A stretch of DNA of 64,000 bases from a virus. Taxonomy: Duplodnaviria > Caudoviricetes. The DNA is taken from IMG/VR virus record IMGVR_UViG_3300037067_012889, positions 256,001-320,000 of that record, one strand, 5' to 3'. Positions 28,855 through 36,042 of this stretch are shown piece after piece. Made by a program: the position numbers and the translations under genes. How positions within the stretch are numbered: position 1 is the stretch's first letter; the number at the start of each line of letters is the position of its first letter. The notes below the pieces were generated by a model. It was not told the DNA's origin, did not search any database, and worked only from the letters and a program-made list of their open reading frames with translations.

Positions 28855-29244
28855 CTATCTTTGATACGATAAAGGAACAAGAAAAAGAACATGTGTCGGT
28901 TCACCAGATAAGAATGTATTATCCGGATGCGGATCAAACACATAATCAAATCCATTCCTTGAAGTCTTAGCTATAACGCTATGCAATCGTCCCATTTTTC
29001 TTGGGCTTTTACCTGTCAATATGCAAATACATCCATTTGACCAAATTAAACATTTAGGTTCTAATCGAACCTCGATTGCACATAATCCCCTTTTCATCAG
29101 CCAGTTCTGAAAACCTTCCCACCAATCTGGCGATAGACTACAAAAATCGGGTATATTATTCAATGGTAATTCAAATATGGACGCTACACAAGCAGCAAAA
29201 CAATTACCACGATCGCCAAACGTGGTTTGTTTGGTCTCGATCAT
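28855..29244 (-). CDS. hypothetical protein, possible papain-like (C39-type) Cys-His-Asp fold
   Basis: GNCFAACVASIFE...HSVI...FDPHP. Confidence 0.5.
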   Translation of the reverse strand: MIETKQTTFGDRGNCFAACVASIFELPLNNIPDFCSLSPDWWEGFQNWLMKRGLCAIEVRLEPKCLIWSNGCICILTGKSPRKMGRLHSVIAKTSRNGFDYVFDPHPDNTFLSGEPTHVLFLVPLSYQR

Positions 29245-30251
29245 CTAAAATATCCATCTATAGTTGATAAATCAACACCTTTGCGATCACCACCAACTAC
29301 GAAATAATCCCAACCAAGCTTATCACAAAACACCTTCAATGCATTTATCTTAGCAATGTTCTGCGGATGTTGTTGTAATTTAGTCGGCTTTACTTCTACA
29401 ACAGCGGTCTTTGATAATGTCCGAATTACGAAATCTGGGAAATACATATGATAATTCCCAAGATAGATGTAATCAACTTTAATACCTTCTTTGCTGAATG
29501 AAATTACAGCGTCCAGTGAATCTAATCTCAATGCCACCGCCAATTCCCAACTAGAATGGCAAAACACCTTACCCGCCTTTCTAGTATCGATCCACTCGCC
29601 ATGTCTGGATCGCATCCATTTCCTACACATCTCTTCGCACCCAATCTCACAGCCATATTTTGCGAAGAAACCAGCTCGAACAGCAGCAAGTTTTGATACT
29701 TTGGACTTTAATAGCTTATGCTTCTTAGTCCAACAATGAACACAATGTTGAGAGACACCACATATCCCGGCTATCTGTAATTTACTAAGATTCTTGGTGA
29801 TATAGTGTTCATACATCCAATCGTAATTGTCTAGCTTACCGACAGCATTAGTAGGCACATTCTGTAAGAAGCCGCGCCTAATTTGCGCCTCTTTGTTTTT
29901 GTTGACTCCAGATTGAATTGGTACCTTATATCGGCGTAGTGCTGTGGTAACAGCCTTCTTACCGCAACTAATTTCAGATGCTATTTGTCTAGTCGACTTG
30001 TTCTGGATAATATACTGGTCTCGAAGCCACGTTTCATCATTGAGTAAAGAAAACGCCTTCGTCCCTATTTGTGATTCCAAATTCGTAGCTTTTGAAAATG
30101 AAAAACCACTACTTTTTAGCTTATACTTCCTGGCACGTCCCACAACAACAGCACGAGAGCACCCAAGAATCCGTGCTATTTCACTGAAGGAATGGTTCGG
30201 ATGAAGTCGAAGAACATCTTCGTCCTTGATATTAGATTTGTTGTGTTGCAT
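29241..30251 (-). CDS. free-standing endonuclease: repeated HTH domains plus TnsA-like PD-(D/E)xK domain
   Basis: HSSWE...YFPDFVI....VVEVKP...KINA...FC...GWDY; repeated L.D..W....Y...N.S..QIA...G.S HTH units. Confidence 0.75.
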   Translation of the reverse strand: MQHNKSNIKDEDVLRLHPNHSFSEIARILGCSRAVVVGRARKYKLKSSGFSFSKATNLESQIGTKAFSLLNDETWLRDQYIIQNKSTRQIASEISCGKKAVTTALRRYKVPIQSGVNKNKEAQIRRGFLQNVPTNAVGKLDNYDWMYEHYITKNLSKLQIAGICGVSQHCVHCWTKKHKLLKSKVSKLAAVRAGFFAKYGCEIGCEEMCRKWMRSRHGEWIDTRKAGKVFCHSSWELAVALRLDSLDAVISFSKEGIKVDYIYLGNYHMYFPDFVIRTLSKTAVVEVKPTKLQQHPQNIAKINALKVFCDKLGWDYFVVGGDRKGVDLSTIDGYFR

Positions 30252-30279
30252 ATTCTATTTACTTTACAACACAATCTAA
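30232..30279 (-). promoter_or_regulatory. hairpin covering the start codon, with AGTAAATA in the loop
   Basis: Minus strand TTGTGTTGTA-AAGTAAATAGAATA-TGCAACACAA (10 bp including one G-U pair, extendable by a TTAGA/TCTAA pairing); the ATG of 29241-30251 overlaps the 3' arm. Confidence 0.65.
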
Positions 30280-30288
30280 AGAACCGCT

Positions 30289-31053
30289 TTAGCCTGCCTT
30301 AATTATCGGGAGTGGCTCTCCAAGATGTATAGCTTTTTCTATTATGGCTGCTTTTTCTTCTTTGCCTTCACCAACTAATGCTTCGCCATCTAATGCAAGG
30401 CTTCCGCCATCTGGCATTGGCACACCAGCGATCTTTCTGCGTGCGGCTCCGACCATTATTTTGGTCTCTGCCAACAGCATTTCATTGGCCAATAATCGTG
30501 CCTGGGGACTGCGAAAATGGCTGACTGTCGGATAATACAACACAGTAACGGGAAAAGCACCTTTTGGTGTTGGGTATAATCTAATCAACTGGCGCGTTGG
30601 ACCATCTCCACCTTCGTTCAGAACATCCCAATGTCCAATAGTTCCAAGTATCTGCTGTGAAGATCGCCTATATGCCTGCAAAAGGTAATAATCTGTAAGA
30701 ATGTTTTGGATACCAGATATGTTTCCTATGTTGAACAGAAAACTCTCGGCCCCGAACACATCATCTATTCTTGTTGTAACTGGATCCCATTGAACTTCTT
30801 GGATCCAATAGGCATCATCTGGCATTGGATATGTAGCGACCAATGGTTCTGTATAAAACAAGGCAAGTTTTTGTTCTCTTGGAAAATAGCCAGCTATAAA
30901 GTCACCAGTAACTCGTAACGCTATTTCGAACTGTTGCTCAGTTATTTCTACAGCAACACCTGGACTTCCGAGTTCGGCCAAGCAATATGCCTTCATCGGA
31001 TCGGAAGCAACCTTCATGACAACAGGCAAATCGTTTGGGCCAATGATAGCCAT
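30289..31053 (-). CDS. neck protein (T4 gp13-like head-tail adaptor)
   Basis: LAELGSPGVAVEITEQQ, IRLYPTP, LAETK..VG..RRK and PMPDGG...LDGEAL..EG.EE motifs; AGGAG SD. Confidence 0.8.
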   Translation of the reverse strand: MAIIGPNDLPVVMKVASDPMKAYCLAELGSPGVAVEITEQQFEIALRVTGDFIAGYFPREQKLALFYTEPLVATYPMPDDAYWIQEVQWDPVTTRIDDVFGAESFLFNIGNISGIQNILTDYYLLQAYRRSSQQILGTIGHWDVLNEGGDGPTRQLIRLYPTPKGAFPVTVLYYPTVSHFRSPQARLLANEMLLAETKIMVGAARRKIAGVPMPDGGSLALDGEALVGEGKEEKAAIIEKAIHLGEPLPIIKAG

Positions 31054-31090
31054 GTACAGCTCCTAGTTCTTGCAATATATTTGAATTATC

Positions 31091-31642
31091 TTATGGCGGT
31101 TCTTTAGATGCTTTATTCCAGAGCACCAGTGCTGTCCGTTGTTGCATTTTAGATAATATCGGGAAAAGTTCTGTCTCTATATATTCTTTACTTATTTTAC
31201 CACGTTTTATCAACTCAATAAAATCAGCTCTGTCTTTGGCCCTATTCATACCAGCTTCCATCTTCATCTTGAGTAGTATTTTTAGGCTTATCACGTTCAA
31301 GCCATGACTACTTGACGAAGGCTTCGGAAAAATAGTGTCGCCGACTTTCAATCCATCGTAACATATCTGGATTTGATAATTATTAAGCTCGAATCGATTA
31401 TTCTTACCTAGAGAGAACCCGCCAGTATTAATAATCGCATTCGCAAGTACATCGTAATTACTTCTATCAATCAATAAATCTATATCTTCGGTATAACGCT
31501 TATAGCCATAATATTGAAGAGCAACGCCACCTATTAGATCTGCAGCGACCTTAATCTGTTTTAAAATCTTGTCGAGCAGATCAATAATACTTTGGCGTTC
31601 TTCCAAAAGTACAAAATCCCTTGATAATCTCTTTAGATCCAA
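31091..31642 (-). CDS. nucleotidyltransferase (Pol-beta superfamily, AbiEii/DUF6036-like)
   Basis: LIGGVAL..YG..RYTEDIDLLI, L.MK and R.KDRAD motifs. Confidence 0.75.
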   Translation of the reverse strand: MDLKRLSRDFVLLEERQSIIDLLDKILKQIKVAADLIGGVALQYYGYKRYTEDIDLLIDRSNYDVLANAIINTGGFSLGKNNRFELNNYQIQICYDGLKVGDTIFPKPSSSSHGLNVISLKILLKMKMEAGMNRAKDRADFIELIKRGKISKEYIETELFPILSKMQQRTALVLWNKASKEPP

Positions 31643-31660
31643 TTGAGCCTCCGCTCAATT
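31641..31660 (-). promoter_or_regulatory. hairpin covering the SD and start of the nucleotidyltransferase gene
   Basis: Minus strand AATTGAGC-GGAG-GCTCAATT, an 8-bp perfect stem with the SD in the loop and the TTG start at the 3' arm. Confidence 0.55.
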
Positions 31661-31665
31661 ACATA

Positions 31666-32196
31666 CTAAGCTGGAAATGTCTGCCCAGCATCGCCATATA
31701 TTATATTCTTATATGTGAGCCTGAATAATTCCGGCTGCTCACCTGAATCATCGGTAATAGCTGATGCGGCAGTGTTTAAAAGTCCGCGCAGAGTAGACAC
31801 CTCTGCGGTTACTGCAGCAGTAGGATAACCAGTCGCACCGTCCCATAACCGTGGACCTCTCGGACCAGTCAACACTTCATTAGAATGTATCAGTGTCAAT
31901 GGTGGAGCTGGCTGGGCACTAGCATTACTGGTTGCAGTATAAAATCCCTCAATCATAAGAAGTGAGGGATTATTACCAATCTGTGGTCGTACGCCTGCAC
32001 CGTTGGCAATACTGCCAAATTTATCGCTGAGTTGGTTCTGGCTGCCACCAGGTACCGGCAATGTTATTTGCGATACTGACTGCAACTCAGTATATAACAA
32101 TATACCTAATCGCTGTAAGTCTCTAACATAATCCCATTTGCTCTTAGCACGCGCCGGAACTGTTCTGAAATAAGCGGTAAATGGTACTAATGACAT
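31666..32196 (-). CDS. hypothetical protein (probably virion)
   Basis: ATG at 32196 preceded by GGAG is preferred over TTG at 32208. Confidence 0.6.
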   Translation of the reverse strand: MSLVPFTAYFRTVPARAKSKWDYVRDLQRLGILLYTELQSVSQITLPVPGGSQNQLSDKFGSIANGAGVRPQIGNNPSLLMIEGFYTATSNASAQPAPPLTLIHSNEVLTGPRGPRLWDGATGYPTAAVTAEVSTLRGLLNTAASAITDDSGEQPELFRLTYKNIIYGDAGQTFPA

Positions 32197-32229
32197 ACCT
32201 GTCTCCAATCTGTTGGGTCACAATTATTT

Positions 32230-32577
32230 TTGGCGAGCAAATTATCTTTTAGGTGTGTATTTCAAATGAAGACCACTAGAGGTACAGTAATGACACATGA
32301 CGAAATTAGGGTAGATTCGTTTAATAGAATTGTTGAAGCTATTAATGAGGTCTTCCCAGGTATCCGAAACAAATCGGACATCAACACCCTAACTTTCGAT
32401 GACGAGTCAATCAAAGTCGAAATGAAGGGCAGCGACGCCAATGACGGATATTTCGATATTTCAAACTTCGATAATAACAGTTTTGGGACACTATGGTGTG
32501 TTAAGCCAGTCGTCGGCGTATTAGTCAGAGAAATAGCAAGAGTCAGGCGACAGAAGATTATGGATAAGCTAAGATGA
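32230..32577 (+). CDS. hypothetical protein
   Basis: Isolated plus-strand ORF; likely start is MTHDE after GAGG. Confidence 0.55.
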   Translation: MASKLSFRCVFQMKTTRGTVMTHDEIRVDSFNRIVEAINEVFPGIRNKSDINTLTFDDESIKVEMKGSDANDGYFDISNFDNNSFGTLWCVKPVVGVLVREIARVRRQKIMDKLR

Positions 32578-32886
32578 TGCCTTGCTAACAAGATGTCTGA
32601 TCATCCATAATGCCAGATTATCTCCACGGCCAGCTTTTTTCTTCATAGCTTCCTTAAATTTAGCATTATCTTTGTTCTCTATGCATATTTCCATAGCATA
32701 CTTATTCCATTCATCTTCATTATCATCCGTCTTTAAGTTGCGTATTTCGTCGCTAATAATATCTTGTTTATCCCTATCATTCTCTTCACCCCATAATCTA
32801 TACAATCTTTGTATCTCGTTTTTTAACTCGGGACCCGACAGATTTTTATCTAATGCTTCAAACAGCATCTTATCAAAATATTTCAT
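32569..32886 (-). CDS. hypothetical protein with N-terminal LFE motif
   Basis: Starts MKYFDKMLFEA; preceded by a CAAATATAT motif. Confidence 0.6.
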   Translation of the reverse strand: MKYFDKMLFEALDKNLSGPELKNEIQRLYRLWGEENDRDKQDIISDEIRNLKTDDNEDEWNKYAMEICIENKDNAKFKEAMKKKAGRGDNLALWMIRHLVSKASS

Positions 32887-32918
32887 ATCATATGATCCCT
32901 TCGGAATATATTTGGATA

Positions 32919-32952
32919 CAACAACAGCGGCTTTTTAGGGCCGCTGTTGTTG
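32919..32952. terminator. stem-loop downstream of 32985-33395
   Basis: 13-bp stem caacaacagcggc / gccgctgttgttg. Confidence 0.65.
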
Positions 32953-32984
32953 CTTTTATCGCACTCACACCGCTAGTGAGAGCA

Positions 32985-33395
32985 TTAGGCGTCGACTGGA
33001 ACGACATATACGTCGTTCCGGAGGTCGGCCTGCAGGTCTCGGCTAAGCGAAGAGTGGACGTTGGCCAAGAACTTGTCGCTGCCGATTTGGAAAGCGAAGT
33101 CGATTCCAGGCAGACCCTCTTGGGCCGCACCGAACGTCTTGACTTGGTACAGACCGACAACGATCGGGAAACCACGACCAGCGCCAAAACGAGCTTCGCC
33201 GCAATATGGGCTGAAATCCTGCAGTGTGGTATCTCTGGTTAACACACCAACCAAGATTTCCTCACCAGGAACGCTCATGATCAACGGACGGAGCCGCTTG
33301 GTCAAAGCCGCAACTGCCTCGTGACGCAGAGCCTTGCGATAGGCTCGTACATTACGATAGACACTGATGGAAGTATTTGCTGGTTGAGCACTCAT
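32985..33395 (-). CDS. hypothetical protein, likely highly expressed
   Basis: ATG at 33395 with GGAG SD, CAAATACAT upstream, a terminator downstream, and GC-richer codons like the sheath and SSB genes. Confidence 0.65.
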   Translation of the reverse strand: MSAQPANTSISVYRNVRAYRKALRHEAVAALTKRLRPLIMSVPGEEILVGVLTRDTTLQDFSPYCGEARFGAGRGFPIVVGLYQVKTFGAAQEGLPGIDFAFQIGSDKFLANVHSSLSRDLQADLRNDVYVVPVDA

Positions 33396-33497
33396 GTTAA
33401 ATCTCCATTGAAACGTGTGAATGTATTTGATTATTAACTTCTCTGCCCACATATTAGTTTTGCACGAATAAACAATTTCTATTTCTTAGGCTAAATC

Positions 33498-33845
33498 GTG
33501 ATATACTGCATAATCTGCACGCAGCATTATATGACACCGGCGGAATTGAAAAAAGAATGTACTGTCGAAAAGTGGCTACCAATACTCATAATACGAACGG
33601 CTGGTGATGACACCCCTATAATACCATTATTCGATAGAATGGATTTGGCATCGAGATTCGTGGAAAGAAATCTGCCGCCAAAATGGATATGCGGTGTTTT
33701 AAATCTACAGCCAAGTGATGCCGAATTAATAGACTCCAAAGGATGGAAAGCTATTAAATATGATTATCCACGAAAAATAAAAGATGTTGTTAAATTTGAC
33801 GTAGAAATTATTGACCTAAATCATGACGTAACGATAAAAGTTTAA
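33498..33845 (+). CDS. hypothetical protein
   Basis: 115-aa ORF filling the gap, convergent with the glycosyltransferase operon. Confidence 0.6.
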   Translation: MIYCIICTQHYMTPAELKKECTVEKWLPILIIRTAGDDTPIIPLFDRMDLASRFVERNLPPKWICGVLNLQPSDAELIDSKGWKAIKYDYPRKIKDVVKFDVEIIDLNHDVTIKV

Positions 33846-34135
33846 TTGTCAACGACAAGGTCTGGATATTGCATACGAAAATTCTCTAATGTCGCATTGA
33901 GTATGCTTGCACTATCGAAATTAATCGGCACACAGATAATATGCAGTGATTCATTATTATTAATTAAGTATACTTTCCTAGAAACACGTGCATAAAAATA
34001 ATCTTTTGATTCGACTAAATCGAATCCTATTTCATCGCCAGTATTCAGCCAAGCTAGATCATCTGGCTGATTATGTATGTTGAATCTTTGTATCTTCTGC
34101 CCATTAATATCAAACTGAAGAACTATATTTGCCAT
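33842..34135 (-). CDS. hypothetical protein
   Basis: 97 aa at the end of the glycosyltransferase operon. Confidence 0.55.
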   Translation of the reverse strand: MANIVLQFDINGQKIQRFNIHNQPDDLAWLNTGDEIGFDLVESKDYFYARVSRKVYLINNNESLHIICVPINFDSASILNATLENFRMQYPDLVVDN

Positions 34136-35084
34136 TTTTTGCTCTTTGTAAAATCATTCTAAACTGTGCTAATTGTGACCAATGACTTAAATAATCTTTT
34201 GTCGCTTGGTCCGCTATTTTTTGCCATAATGGCAAATCAATTCTAGAATCAATATCGCCCCAGTCATCAACCAAAATTGCGTTGTGTTTATCAATTAACG
34301 GTGGATAATATGGCGATCTTTGTCGTTTCGCTATTATTGTGCGCCCAAAGATTACAGCCTCAATAAATCGCAGGCTTTTATCTCCGGCACCGCGTAAATC
34401 AACACATGCTTTGTAAGAAAGCAAATATTTCAAATACGCATCTGCAGATGCATTTGCTCTAAATGTAAGATTTACCCAGCTTGGCATTCCGCCTGTTTTA
34501 TTGCGCTCACCATAACCGCCACGGCCCATGAAACCAGCCAAACCGACAAGGTCATATTTGAAGGAGTCTCTGATTGCCTGTACGTTGTCGTCGAGAAAAG
34601 CGTAATCTAGATGCTTTCTAGCAAGTAGATCAAACATCTGTGTTGACGTACGATGCGCAACTGGTACGACTTTGTGTCCATAATCTCTCAATAGCTCTGG
34701 TGTACAGTTTACTGGCATGAACAAATCGCAACGATTTTGGACAGAACCGCCTTGGCGTCCCTTCCATTTCATCGTCTTCTCTCTGAAAACTCTATCAGAT
34801 GAGCATAAACAAACTTTAAATGCCGGAAGCCTTTTTATATTGTCCCAATTATCGTCGAAAAAGAATGTGTCCGATTTTGCGATATAGAGATCGACGCCAT
34901 CATAATTGTCAGATATCAAATGCTTAACGCGACACAATATCCATTCTTTTTCTATCTGACCTTTGCGAACAACAACTTTCACCGGCAAACGCATTCTATC
35001 GGCAATCTCGGCCAAATTAGCAAGTTGATATGCGCAACGCGGGAGCCTGTTGTCGCTAAGCATTGAAAAATCGATTACGATCAT
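34110..35084 (-). CDS. putative glycosyltransferase (GT-B-like)
   Basis: GFMGRGGYGER, YLKYLLSYKACVDLRGAGDKSLRFIEAVIFG and KIADQA..DY..H C-terminal GT-B pattern. Confidence 0.55.
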   Translation of the reverse strand: MIVIDFSMLSDNRLPRCAYQLANLAEIADRMRLPVKVVVRKGQIEKEWILCRVKHLISDNYDGVDLYIAKSDTFFFDDNWDNIKRLPAFKVCLCSSDRVFREKTMKWKGRQGGSVQNRCDLFMPVNCTPELLRDYGHKVVPVAHRTSTQMFDLLARKHLDYAFLDDNVQAIRDSFKYDLVGLAGFMGRGGYGERNKTGGMPSWVNLTFRANASADAYLKYLLSYKACVDLRGAGDKSLRFIEAVIFGRTIIAKRQRSPYYPPLIDKHNAILVDDWGDIDSRIDLPLWQKIADQATKDYLSHWSQLAQFRMILQRAKNGKYSSSV

Positions 35085-36040
35085 TTTATTTTCTTAGAAG
35101 ATAGCAGAGCATCTGCGACATCACTGAATCCAAGCGCTGTCATTAATGTCGCCATTCTATGATGATACGTATGTGCCGCCAGGACATCTTGGCGTTGTTG
35201 CTCTGCTATTTTCGGTAGCCAACTATGATCTGATAATAAGCTTTTAATTTCGTAATGAAACACTTTAGGATTGGTAGCGGTTATTGCGTGTGGCAGATAT
35301 CTATCAAGACCAAGAGCTGGGTCGTGAACAATCACAGCACCACTCAAAGCCGCTTTGAAAACTCGTTCCGGCAAGTCGATTCCAGATGTAATTGTATGTG
35401 GTTCGCTAATGCACGGCGCTATTCTACAACTCGCCAACAATATCGCAACTTCATCATTTTCTATTGGGCCATCGCAGAGTTTATCTGGCCAATCTCCCCA
35501 TCCATATACTTTATGCGATATCGTTTTATCTCGCAAAACCGGCAACAGATATGCATCTATATTTCGTGCTTTGTATGGCCATCGACCACCAACATATGCG
35601 ATATCATATTTGGCATGATTGCCGTTACTGGCATTATATATTGTAGCATCACCCGCAGTCGCTAATGGTACCCATAGCATACCAGCTTGATCCCAGAAAG
35701 ACCAAAGATTACGGTCGGTCTCGTGCCCATAACCAAAAACGACATCTGGCTTTATCGATTTCACCCAATTTATCGTAAATTGCGTTTCATTGATCTTGGG
35801 CTCTATTTTAACAGAACCATATGGATTCACGTGTAGTGCAATTTTGCATTTGCGATCTTTCGGTATTGGTTGTTGATGGCCACTACATCCTATATAGATG
35901 TCCGGGGAAAATGTGTCCCATGATTCTCGCCTACCGTCCCAACGATCCACAACACAACCAGCATCACGCAAAGCATTGATCATGCCATCTGTGATATATG
36001 CCCATGCGCCGCCCGGCCTATGACAAAATAAAACTCTCAT
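35081..36040 (-). CDS. glycosyltransferase, CgeB/Glyco_trans_1_2-like
   Basis: YDIAYVG, VYGWGDW, ERVFKAALSG and IAEQQRQDVLAAHTYHHR motifs. Confidence 0.75.
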   Translation of the reverse strand: MRVLFCHRPGGAWAYITDGMINALRDAGCVVDRWDGRRESWDTFSPDIYIGCSGHQQPIPKDRKCKIALHVNPYGSVKIEPKINETQFTINWVKSIKPDVVFGYGHETDRNLWSFWDQAGMLWVPLATAGDATIYNASNGNHAKYDIAYVGGRWPYKARNIDAYLLPVLRDKTISHKVYGWGDWPDKLCDGPIENDEVAILLASCRIAPCISEPHTITSGIDLPERVFKAALSGAVIVHDPALGLDRYLPHAITATNPKVFHYEIKSLLSDHSWLPKIAEQQRQDVLAAHTYHHRMATLMTALGFSDVADALLSSKKIK

Positions 36041-36042
36041 AA

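Noticed and set aside
29241-30251. Tn7-like transposon or T4 gp4 head-completion nuclease
   Set aside because: No TnsB/TnsC or terminal repeats; the multi-HTH N-terminus and insertion-like position fit a free-standing homing endonuclease better.
32853-33324. Overlapping alternative ORFs (32853-33242 +, 32888-33187 -, 33061-33324 +)
   Set aside because: Only 32985-33395 has an SD, an upstream motif and a terminator; the others are explained by locally GC-rich codons.
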